A stretch of 64,000 bases of DNA from Malacoraja senta (lineage: Eukaryota), in the NCBI GenBank assembly GCA_038087875.1, contig CM075989.1, positions 558,001 through 622,000 on the forward strand, read 5' to 3'. The notes beneath the pieces are model-generated. The model was given only the letters and a program-made list of their open reading frames with translations, had not been told where the DNA came from and did no database searches. A program made the translations under genes and the position numbers. Below, piece after piece: positions 53,201 through 63,822 of the stretch (the stretch's first letter is position 1; each line of letters starts with the position of its first letter).

Positions 53201-53437
53201 TCGCAGCTCTACCCATACCGATTCCACATCCTCCAAGCTAATGTCCTTCTTTTCCACTGCATTAATCTCCTCTCTAACCAGCAATGCTACCCCACCTCCT
53301 TTTCCTTTCTCTCTATCCGTCCTGAATATTGAATATCCCTGGATGTTCAGCTCCCAGCCTTGGTCACCCTGGAGCCATGTTTCCGTGATCCCAACTATAT
53401 CATAATCATTAATAGCTATCTGCATGTTCAACTCATC
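50246..53437 (-). mobile_element. 5'-truncated young CR1 LINE in the intron after the Siglec leader exon
   Basis: Close paralog of 43214-47434; TSD CAGCTT at 50240/53438. Confidence 0.95.
51760..52133 (+). mobile_element. GC-rich non-autonomous retroposon with stem-loop/AATAAA tail nested in CR1
   Basis: Interrupts CR1 'ttctggagc|tatttccttaag' and ends ttcagac-ttcg-gtctgaa tgacaataaagggctatctaatc. Confidence 0.7.
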
Positions 53438-54061
53438 CAGCTTGTATGTGTTTATGTCCAACTGTCTGTAAATTCTCATGATGGGGAATAAACTCCATCA
53501 CTGCTACAACACTCTCTCCGTACCCCTGAGCTTCGCCCATTTGCTCCCTTCCCACCCACGTGCCTGTCCAAATGTCTTTTAAATGTTGTTATTGTACCGG
53601 CCTCAATCACTTCCTCAGCTCGTCATATATACCCTCCACCTTTGTGTGAAAAACCTGTCCCTCGGGTCCCCTTTAAATCTTCCCCATCTTACCTTAAACC
53701 TGTGGCCTTTAGTTTGAGACTCCCTACAATGGGAGGGTATCTAAAACCTGTCTCTGGTATGAACAACCTGCTTTCAGCTGGTGCTTGCTGTATCTGTCAC
53801 TGCACTCCACCCACCACTGTTCTCACAGGCTGCCAGAGAGACCTTGAGGTCTTCCCCTGGGTCAGTGCATGCGAGTTGCAGCAGCTGACCCTCAGTAAGA
53901 GAGTCAGTTCATGTGCAGTTCACGTTTTCAGAGGCAGAAAAGCACGAGAAGGTATTCACACACTTTGTCATCCCACAATGCCCAGGATGTGATTCCTACA
54001 CAATGGAGTCTGGAAGATCCACAAGCCCTCCAGTGCCTAATGTTGTTCCTTCTCTCCTCAG

Positions 54062-54427
54062 CTGCAGTGTCGAAGGAGTGGACAATCAACGCTCCATTAG
54101 ATGTGACAGCACAGAGGGGTCTGTGTGCCCGGATTCCGTGCCACCACAGTTACCCGTCGCGTCTGAATAAAATAACACCGGTTGGAATCTGGATTAACGA
54201 TGAGGACTGGAACTCTCAGTCTATCGCTTTCCACTCCGGGGATCGCAGTAGAGAATCACCAAGGTTTCACCATCGGACCCGGCTGTCTGCCGTCCTGAGA
54301 GACGGCAACTGTTCTCTGGTTATAGACAACATCACACAGGAAGATGAAGGTCCTTATCATTTTAGAACTGAATTTAACAGCAAAGATCGTTTCAGCTTCT
54401 TCCCTGTAACACGGCTGCATGTTTCTG
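54062..54427 (+). CDS. Siglec/MAG-like gene, N-terminal V-set Ig exon (sialic-acid-binding domain)
   Basis: Acceptor 'ttccttctctcctcag|', donor 'TCTG|gtaagt', phase 1-1. Translation EWT..GLCARIPC..W..RTRL..GNCSLVI..DEGPYHFRTE..RFSF shows the Siglec three-Cys pattern, no F-strand Cys, and the essential Arg in YxFR. Confidence 0.93.
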
Positions 54428-55479
54428 GTAAGTGTTCTGTATAATCAGTCAACAACTGATATTCAGGCAGTAGGAAGTAACACAAACTGCGCTTCTGCCC
54501 AATGAACACAAACGATAGCTCAGTATCACAGTGTTTGATGGTTAAACACTGGCATTGCCCTCCAGTCCAATTTCACCACAATGCTGATAATTCTTCCATT
54601 ATCATCAGTAAAACATGAGCACTATATGCAGGTATGTTACCAGCTGTGATACGTGTTGCTAATCACACATTGCTCCAGTAATGTACACAGCAAAGTGGGA
54701 CTCAAGCTTGTAATCTACTTTGCAATAGCTCAGGTGTTACAATATACTTTATATACAATCAAGAGTCATCTCTGGTGAAAGAGGAAATTTCAGGCTGTGA
54801 TGTTGGAATTTTCATCAGCAAGTGTGAGATGTTGAACTTTGCAAAGTCGAATGCAAGGGGAATTTAATGGCAAGATCCGTAACAGCATTGAAAATGCAAA
54901 GGTTTCTTGGAGTCCAAGCCCATAACTCTGAAGGTGGCAACACAAGTAGATAGTGTGGTAAAGAAGGCTTTTGGTACGCTTGCCTTCATTCATAGGAGCA
55001 TTGAGTATAAGAGTCAGGAAGACATGATGAAGCTTTTGGGGGGAATTTGAATTTCTTTCTCTGGCACATTGGATATTGAGAGGATACCTGATAGAAGTAT
55101 ATGAAATTATAATAGACATAGAAAGGATAGACAATTAGAATATTTTTGCTCGGAAGGAAATATCAAATACTGGACTAAGTGGGACCTGTTGGGTCCCATG
55201 TTCACACGGGAGGGCTGGTCCCCCAACGCAATATTCCACCTCTCCACCAATTCCAATATTGGTGGCCAGTGGGGTGGGGGGGGGGGGGGTGGGCTTTCTG
55301 GACCGCTAGTATGGGTATTGTGGGCTGAAGGGACTGGTTTCCAGAGGGCTAGTATGGACATTGTGGGCCAAATGGATTCTTGGGGTGGCACCTCAGTCAC
55401 TCAAGCATGATGTGCTGGCAGCTCACTCATGACTGGTGGGCTAGCAGTTGACTCATGGCTATTCTTTGAAATTCCTTTT

Positions 55480-55826
55480 CAAGCAGGATGCAAGGCCACC
55501 AAATTCAAGTGCAGTTTCCGACCACTTCAAGCAGGATGCCAGGCCACCAAATTCAAGTGCAGTTTTATGCCACTTCAAGCAGGGTGCAAGGCCACCAAAT
55601 TCAAGTGCAGTTTCATGCCATTTCAAGGAGGGTGCGAGGCCACCAAATGCTAGTGCTGTTTCATGCCATTTCAAGCACGGTGCAAGGCCACCAAATTCAA
55701 GTGCATTTTCACACCATTTCATGCAGGGTGCAAGGCCACCAAATTCAAATGCTGTTTCATACCATTTCATGCAGGGTGCAAGGCCACCACATTCAAATGT
55801 AGTTTCATACCATTTCAAGCAGGGTG
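55480..55826 (+). repeat. 48-bp minisatellite, 7 copies + partial
   Basis: Unit caagcagggtgcaaggccaccaaattcaagtgcagtttcatgccattt. Confidence 0.95.
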
Positions 55827-56244
55827 AAACCACCATAAAACCACACAAAACACCACATAAACACCACATTCGCAGTTCAGTAGACATTCAGTGTGTTCAG
55901 TTGATTCACAGCTCAGACAGTCGTGACCTCTCCCTCCCCCATCTTGCAGAAACTGAGCCACACCCACACGTCCGGGTTTTATAATCCCTCCCCCTCCCAC
56001 TGGAAGGGGCGTGGCCTTCATGGGATGATTGACAGGAGAGAGATTCTCAACATTTTTTTAAACACTAATAACACTTTTACTTTTCATTGATGGAAAGAAT
56101 CCTCTGCACCTGATGAGCAGAGTGGGACTGAGTAAGGTGGCCAAAAATCACAGCCGTAAGTAGTAGCATTTGATCTAGAATCAATATACAGTGCAAACAG
56201 GAAGTTGTCAAGTTTACACCGACAACCATTTGCAGTGCAGCATT

Positions 56245-57910
56245 TATTTTTATTTTATAATTTTTTTATTAGAAGTAAGTACAATAATGTGGCACCAAGG
56301 TGCCTAATATATATTGACATGTTACATTTTATGTACAGCTTCATATTTTTTTCTTTAACAATAAAAGAGAGAAAGAAAAAATAGGTAATAAAGAAATAGA
56401 AAAACATGTGATGTCTAGGTGTGTGAAAAGAAAGAGGGGGGAAAGAGGGGAAGAAAAAGAAAAAAAGAAGAAAAAAAAGAGGGAGAGAAAGAGAAGTAGT
56501 AGAGAGTAAGATATTGTAGGAGATAGTTATTTATATTCTTGACCATCCTTCACCCAGTCCTGAAACAGTTGGTTTCTACGATTTTGTTGCACCATATGCT
56601 TCCAAGAAGTCGATAAATGGAGACCAACTCGTTAAGAATTGGTCTGTTTTATCTGTTAGGAGGAATCGCATTTCTTCAAGATGTGCGGTTTGCAACATGT
56701 TTGAAATCCACATTTTAAGCATTGGTATGGGTGTATTTTTCCAAAATTTAAGTATAAGTTTTTTCGCCGTTATTAACACATAATTAAAAAATGAATTTTG
56801 AAATGTGTTCAGTTTGTTCCCGTCTTCCGTTACTCCAAGTATAATCATTTCAGTGTTAGGCTCCATTTTTATCTTGAATAATTTTGTAAATATTTCAAAG
56901 ATATCGCTCCAGAATTTATGAAGTTTTATGCAGGAAACAAAAGAGTGTGTTATAGTGGCATTTTGAGATAAACATTTATCACAAATGGGAGAAGTATTTG
57001 GATAAAATTTATTCAGTCTAATTTTTGAACAATATAATCTATGTAGAATTTTGACTTGAATTAAGTTATGTCTTACATTAATCGAACATTTGTGTATATA
57101 TATCAAATGCTTTACCCATGTTTCTTTTGTGATTTTTATCATTAATTCTCGTTCCCAATCTTCTCTAAGTACCTCTGTCGATGGTAGTTCTATGTTTAAA
57201 ATACTATTATATAAATATGATATTAATTTCTGTGAGTCAGCCTTAATATTCATTGCTTCTTCCAGTGGATCTAAAGTTAAAGTTTGATATCTTTGTATAT
57301 ATTTCTTCATGAAGTCGCAGATCTGAAGGTATTTAAAATATTGGTTATTTTTCAGTTTAAATTTTAATTGTAATTGTTGGAATGATAACAGATTTTCCCT
57401 TTCATACATATCGCTGATCCTTTTAATTCCAATTCTTTCCCATTGGTTATATGTTTTATCGGTGAGAGATGGTTTAAATGAAGGATTATTCACTATTGGC
57501 GTTAACAGTGATAGGTTTCTTAATTCTCCATTCGTATCCATTCTGTCTGTTGGGTAGGACTGTCCAACCAATAAATTATATTTTTAATATGCACTGCCCA
57601 GTAATAATACAAAAAGTTCGGATGTGAAAGTCCCCCAGCGTCTTTGGGTTTACACAGATGTTTTCTTTGAATTCTATGTGATCTATAGTCCCAAATAAAG
57701 TTAGTAATGTTAGAGTCTAGTTTTTTGAAGTTTTTTTATATATAATGGTATAGATTGGAATAGGTATAATATTTGTGGTAAAAAGATCATTTTTATAGCG
57801 TTTATTCTGCCTATTAATGACAACGGAAGTTTTTTCCAGAATTTAATCAACACGTTCAATTTATTTAATAAGGGTGTAAAATTAGCATTAAATAATTATT
57901 TGGATTTTCT
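56245..57910 (-). mobile_element. 5'-truncated L1-type LINE
   Basis: ORF2 C-terminus paralogous to the other L1s, poly-T end, candidate TSD AGCATT (56239/57911). Splits the 41-bp array. Confidence 0.92.
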
Positions 57911-57917
57911 AGCATTG

Positions 57918-58091
57918 CAAAGCAACCCCCACCAACAACCATTTGCCGTGCAGCATTTCAAAGCAACCCCCACCAACAACCATTTGCCGTGCAGCATTTC
58001 AAAGCAACTCCCACCGACAACCATTTGCCGTGCTGCATTTCAAAGCAACCCCCACCGACAACCATTTGCAGTGCAGCATTTCAAAGCAACC
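57918..58091 (+). repeat. 41-bp minisatellite, 4 copies + partial (another partial at 56218-56245)
   Basis: Unit caaagcaacccccaccaacaaccatttgccgtgcagcattt starts at 57918, 57959, 58000, 58041. Confidence 0.95.
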
Positions 58092-58499
58092 AGATTTTCA
58101 TTTTCAAACCACATTAAGTGCACTCACAGTTGAGTAGGCATGTGTTCAGTGTTATTCACAGCTCAGAGAGACGTGACCCTCTCGCTTCCTCCATCTTGCA
58201 GAGACTGAGTGAGGCACAACACTTCCGGGTTTTATAGTCCCTCCCCCCTCGCACCAGCAGAGAGAATCTTAACATTTTAAAACATTAATAACTCTTTTAT
58301 TTTTCATCAATGGGAAAATTCCTCTTGTCCTGCCCAGCGGAGGGGGACTGAGTAAGATGGCTAAAAATCACAGCCGTAAGTGACAGCGTTTTTTCTAAAA
58401 TCCCGAAACAGAAAAAACAGGAAGTGGTCAAGATCTTACTTTTAGTAATATAGACTAGAGGGCATAGTTTAAAGTAACAGGGGCAAAGCTTAACGGAGA

Positions 58500-60195
58500 C
58501 TAGACCAAGGGGGAACCGTTGGGTCCCATCCCCTCAACATGCGGTTGCGGAGGGGCGGGCATGTGGCGTCAGACACACACTAACCACCGCACCCACACAC
58601 ACTAACCACCCCACACACACACACACTAACCATCCCCCTTGATATTATATTATAGAGGGGGGGGATGGAGAGGGGGGAGGGGTGGGATGGAGGGGCGGGA
58701 CAGATGGGCGGGACGGAGGGGGGAGGAAAGGGGGAGAGGAGAGGGGGGAGTGGGTTGAGGAGAAGGGGATGAGAGGGGGAGGAGGGGGAGAGGGGGGAGG
58801 TGAGGGGGAGGAGTGGCGGGAGGTGAGGGGGAGGAGTGGCGGTGGGGGGAGAGAGAGGGGAAGGGGGAGAGGGAGGGGGAGGGATGTGGAGAGGGGGGTG
58901 GGGAGGGGTGTGGAGAGCGGGTGAGGGGGGAGAAAGGGGAGATGGATGGGGGGGAGGGGGGTAGAGGGTGGAGAGAGAGGGGGAGAGGGCGGTGATGGGG
59001 AGGGTGCAAGGGGGGAGGGGGAGAGAGAGGGGTGGGGGGAGAGAGAGGGTTGGGAGGAGGGGGAGGGGGTGAGGGGGGTAACGGGGAGAGAGGGGGAGGG
59101 GGAAGGGGGAGGTGGAAGGGGAAGGGGGACGGGGGCTGGGGAGGGAGGTGGAAAGGGGGGTGCAGAGAATGGTGGAGGAGGGGAGGAGGGGAGGTGGGGA
59201 GGAGGGGAGAGGAGGGAGAGAAGAGGTGGTGGGGGATGGAGGGGAAGGGGAGGAGAGGAGGAAGGGTGGGGGATGGGGAGGGTGGAGGGTGGGGGAGGGG
59301 GGGAGGAGTGAGAGAGGGAGAGGGGGAGAGAGAGGGGGAGAGGGGGGCAGAGGGGGAGAAAGGGGGAGAGGAAGGGTGGAGCGAATTGGAGAGGGGGAGA
59401 GGGTGGGAGGGGGAGGGGGGAGTGGGAGAGAGGAGGGGGGGTTGAGGGGGAGGGGGAGAGATGGTGGAGGGGAGAGGGGGAGTCGGGGAGAGAGAGGGGG
59501 GGAGAGGAGAGGGAGAGGGGGAGAGGGGGAGAGGGGGAGAGGACGGGGAGAGGAGGGGGGAGAGGGGAGATTGAGGTAGTGGAGGGGGAGAGGAGGGGTG
59601 GGGGAGAGAGAGGGAGAAGGCGTACTTCAACTCGGCGAGCGGACAGCGGGCCTCGGTAGCGCTCGGGACATCGCGAGACCTCGGAAACCCAACCAAATTA
59701 CTGCGTTTCAGCGGCTTCAATCCATAGCCCTGGGGGGGGGAGATCAGCTGGGCTGCAGGCGGTTCGGGGTGTACGGCCGTCCGAGTGCGAGTCAACTGCG
59801 AGGTTCGGCGAACAAATGACTGCGAGTCGAGGGGAGGGGGGTGCAGTTGGTGGAGACATAACTCGCAGCGCGTGGAAAAAATGCCCAGCAGGCTGCCTGT
59901 TGAAAACACTGCGCAGCGGGCCGCGAGGGGCAAAGCCATTGTGACATCATCAGAACGTTAGCTTTAAAACATATTTCATTTTTGTGAACAATTTTAATAA
60001 ATAACTCAAGAAATAATGAATCAAATTTTCAGTTGAGGCGATTTTTGAGATCACGAGGTAAATCTCTATCTGAATATGTAAACATTTCACCGTTAACGCG
60101 TTGTGTTTTCGAGGAAATGTGAATCACAGACAAACAAGACACACACACACAACTAAATACATCGACATCCAAGATCAGTTTTATAATTATAGAGA
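58500..60195 (-). mobile_element. Complete non-autonomous Helitron with ~970-bp G/A-rich interior
   Basis: Minus strand reads A|TCTCTATAATTATAAAAC...GGGACCC-AAC-GGTTCCC-CCTTGGT-CTAG|T. The host CR1 rejoins as 'aacggagA|Tgtgcagggcaag' with no TSD. Confidence 0.88.
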
Positions 60196-60378
60196 TGTGC
60201 AGGGCAAGTTTTTCTACACAGAGGGTGGTGAGCAACTGAAACACGCTATCAAGGGTGGTGGTGGAGGAAGATACGATTGTGGCAGTTAAAAGACTTTTGG
60301 ATAGGCACATGGTTATGCAGGGAACGGAGGGATGTGGATTATATGCAGGCGGATCAAGTTAGTCTCACCAGCATGTTG

Positions 60379-60514
60379 TTAAAGAAGGAACTGCAGATGC
60401 TGGAAAATCGAAGGTACACAAAAATGCTGGAGAAACTCAGCGGGTGCAGCAGCATCTATGGAGCTCCATAGATGCTGCTGCACCCGCTGAGTTTCTCCAG
60501 CATTTTTGTGTACC
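60379..60514. mobile_element. Penelope pLTR-derived fold-back insertion (perfect 102-bp palindrome 60413-60514)
   Basis: Exact inverted arms around GAGCTC; 18-bp TSD agtctcaccagcatgttg at 60361/60515. Confidence 0.88.
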
Positions 60515-61729
60515 AGTCTCACCAGCATGTTGGCAGAGACATTGTGCACCAAGGGGCCTGGTGCTGTCCTGCATTGTTCTATGTTCTATGTATTCCCCAC
60601 TGCCAACACCCGCAGCATAATATGTAGTGAGGGGCATGGATAAAGTGAGTGTTCACAGTCTTTGCCGAAGTGTAGACAATGCTCAAACTAGAAGGCTTCA
60701 GTTTAAGGTGAGAGGGGAGAGATTTAAAAAGGACCTCAGGGGAAACTTTTGCACCCAGACATTATTCCACATCTGGTATGAGATGCCAGAGGAACAAAAG
60801 GAAGTGGATACGATTACACCTTTAAAAGACATTTGGACATAAACATGGATAGGAAGCATATGGAGGTATAGGGGCCAAGCGTAGCCAAATGACATTAGCG
60901 TGGAATACCATTATTACCAGCATGGACACGGTGGGCTGAAGGGCCTGCTTTCATACTGTGTAGCTTCACGACTACACAATCTGCTCAATTTGCACCTTAT
61001 CCTCCACCCAAAATCCTCCCTCCCTCTCTGCCCAAATACATTGAAAAAGGAGCCGTCTACAGCATTTCTCTTTGGTTGCTGCTACTGATACATATTCTTT
61101 TTTTATTTTTGCTGCAGATGTGTAATGTAATGTTGGGCGTATTCACTAACAGAATGACTCAAAACTGTGATCCACTTCTCTGCTTGAAGCCAGCTCTGAA
61201 ATGTACTTCTTTTTAAAGAGTTGGTATCTCCCAAATTAGCTCTGTGTAGGGTTCCTGTTCCACACAAGGCTGGATAAATGATTCAGCAACAATTATTTCT
61301 AACTCAGGGTCAACAAGACCAAGGAACTAATTGTTGAATTCAGAAAGGGGAAGTTGGGAAACCAGGTGTCGGTTTTTATTGGTGGAGAGGATCAGCAGCT
61401 TCAAATTCCTGGATGACCTGTCGTGGGTGTGCAGCACATTGATCCAATTGTGGAGAAGGCAAACCAGTACCTCTACTTCCTGAGTTTAGGGAGAGTTGGT
61501 ACACTACGTCTCCGAAAACTCCATCAAACTTCCACAGATGCACTGAAGAAAGTATCCTGATTGGTTGCATCATGGCATCATGGAGAATGGCAATTCCAAT
61601 ATCCTGCCTCCAGATGGCAGCATCTATCATCAAGGATCCCCATCATGTGGGCCATGCTCTCTTCTCACTGCTACCGACAGGTCGGAGCTACAGAATCCTG
61701 TAGTCCCACACCACAGGTCAGCAACAGCT

Positions 61730-62016
61730 ATGATTTGAGAATTAAGGGACAGAAGTTTAGGGGAAACATGAGGGGGAACTTCTTTACTCAGAGAGTAGTA
61801 GCTGTGTGGAATGAGCTTCCAGTGGAAGTGGTGGAGGCAGGTTCGATTTTATCATTTAAAAATGAATTGGATAGGTATATGGACGGGAAAGGAATGGAGG
61901 GTTATGGTCTGAGTGCAGGTAGATGGGACCAGGGGAGAATAAGTGTTCGGCACGGACTAGAAGGGCCGAGATGGCCTGTTTCCGTGCTGTAATTGTTATA
62001 TGGTTATATGGTTATA
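61730..62016 (+). mobile_element. CR1 3' fragment nested in an older LINE remnant (~61290-61729)
   Basis: LRIKG..FFTQRVV.VWNELP; (ATATGGTT)n tail. Confidence 0.85.
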
Positions 62017-62647
62017 TGTTACTACTATGGACACATTCTTGAACCGACCTTCACAACTCTAATACTATTTCAGCAGTGGAACACTACAGACCACCTTGTA
62101 CTGGCATGGACTTGATTTCTTCTATTCTAATTATGTTTTTGCACTAATTGTCTGTTTTTATTGCAATCTTTCTTTTATAATCTTTTGTGTAATTTATGCA
62201 AAATGTGTTTTTTGTGTGTTTCTCCATGTGCCTGTGATCCTGCTGATTTTCACTACTCCTATACCTCACCCTCGGTGTGTATATGACAATAGACTTGAAC
62301 TCCTTCCACCTCTTCCCATGTCCCTCATCACCACTTCAGATGCCCCTCTCTCCTCAGTATCTATCTGGTTCCTCACAAATCCATCTCTGTTATTCACCAC
62401 AAACCCTTCTAGTGGGAATGAGGTGGCATTTCCTCCACTGGATAGAGGAATTTCTCATGAATTCCCCACTGGATTTATCAGGTCTGTCACAACTGGAGAA
62501 CCAGAGACCTCTCCACCATTACAGTGCTCCCTCAAGCCGAGAGGCCCAGTGCAAGGGCACGTTAACAACATCTAAACTGCCAGCTGTGCTGTTCCCTCAC
62601 AGGGCAACGTCTGGTGACATTTAACTGAAAGCTTCTCTGTTTATTAG

Positions 62648-62941
62648 ATTTCACAGATAAACCCTCAATATTCCCTGTTGAAACGGTGGAAGGAAAGACT
62701 GTGAACGTAACCTGCACCTTCAACACCACATGTGATGGAACAGCTCCCAACTTAACCTGGGTCACCCCCACTGATGAACCACTGTCAGTCTCACACAGTG
62801 TAACTCAGTGGGGTGACAGTCTGACATATACTTCTGTTGTGTCCCTGACCCCAGCGCTCCAACATCACGGGCAAAACATAACCTGCAGATTCAGATACTT
62901 AACTGTTTCATCGGAGCAGACCCTCACACTGACTGTGCAAT
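62648..62941 (+). CDS. Siglec/MAG-like gene, first C2-set Ig exon
   Basis: Acceptor 'ttctctgtttattag|', donor 'CAAT|gtaagt', phase 1-1. DFTDKPSI..VTCTFNTTC..PNLTW..TSVVSLTP..HHGQNITC..LTVQ includes the extra Cys typical of Siglec domain 2. Confidence 0.93.
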
Positions 62942-63099
62942 GTAAGTATGAAGATTATTTATTGTACACAAACAACAATAGTCGGCATTGTACACAGCAT
63001 GATTCCACAGCAGCACTGTAAAACTGGCAGTAATGTCTGTCTTTACCCAAGTAACTCTGGCAAGGACACTTGGGATACTCCTCTCCTGCTTCATGAGAC

Positions 63100-63380
63100 A
63101 CTCCCACTGCACTGCCCCTCCTACTGGGCGACGCTCCCTCAATACTGCCCCTCCCCAGGGTTGATGCTCCCTCAGTATTGCCCCTTACAAAGTGTGGAGC
63201 TCCCACTGTACTGGCCCTCCCAATGTGGTGCTCTCTCAGTACCGCCCCTCCCACAGTGCGGCACTCCCTCAGTACTGCCCACCAGCCAGCACAGCTCTCT
63301 CTCACTAGTGACCCTCCCACAGTGTGGCACACCCTCAACACTGCCCCATTAACAGTACGGAGCTCCCTCAGCACTGCCCC
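63100..63380 (+). repeat. Degenerate ~33-bp minisatellite (cactccctcagtactgcccctcccacagtgcgg)
   Basis: Tandem copies in the intron between the C2 exons. Confidence 0.85.
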
Positions 63381-63540
63381 ATAATATGCTGCATTTTGCC
63401 CTTTCTATCATATAGCAATTTCCTCAGAAGCCTGATCTGTAACAGAAACAAACTTGCACGAATATCTGACGTTTTCCACCAGTGATCTCTAAAGATGCCC
63501 CACAACTGGTGCCCAGGCACTGATCTGTATTTGCTTTTAG

Positions 63541-63822
63541 ATTCCCCACAGAATCTCTCAATCAATTCTTCCGACAAGGTGAACAATTCCTGGGTCAGTA
63601 TAAAGGAAGGGAACTCTACAGCGATCCTCTGCTCTGTCCAGAGTTTCCCAGCGTCTAACCTGACATGGAGACATCTTGGTGTTACACTGAACAGAACAAG
63701 TTCCAACAACGAGCTGTGGTTGGAGTTCCCTCAAGTGACACCGCGCCTCACTGGGGTCTATCAGTGTGTGGCGGAGAATAAACATGGGGCAGCGGAAAGG
63801 ACCGTGACTCTCGCCATAGAAC
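63541..63822 (+). CDS. Siglec/MAG-like gene, second C2-type Ig exon (gene continues past window end)
   Basis: Acceptor 'atttgcttttag|', donor 'GAAC|gtgagt', phase 1-1. Translation YSPQNLS..EGNSTAILCSVQSFPASNLTW..GVYQCVAENKHG. Confidence 0.92.

Larger units (their letters stand above)
55170..58454 (-). mobile_element. Composite non-autonomous Helitron-like element (two related modules, two minisatellites, nested L1)
   Basis: Minus strand starts TCTATATTACTAAAAG (58454) and ends with hairpin GGGACCC-AAC-AGGTCCC then CCAG (55170). The host CR1 rejoins without a TSD (tcaaata|ctagagggcatag). Confidence 0.75.

Noticed and set aside
53911..54061. N-terminal extension of the V-set ORF in the ORF track
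   Set aside because: Intronic read-through upstream of a clear acceptor at 54061.
55448..55984. Repeat-protein ORF or CRISPR-like array (also 57918-58091)
   Set aside because: Head-to-tail 48-bp and 41-bp units with no unique spacers, no cas genes and a vertebrate context. The 48-bp array stays open only because its unit is a multiple of 3.
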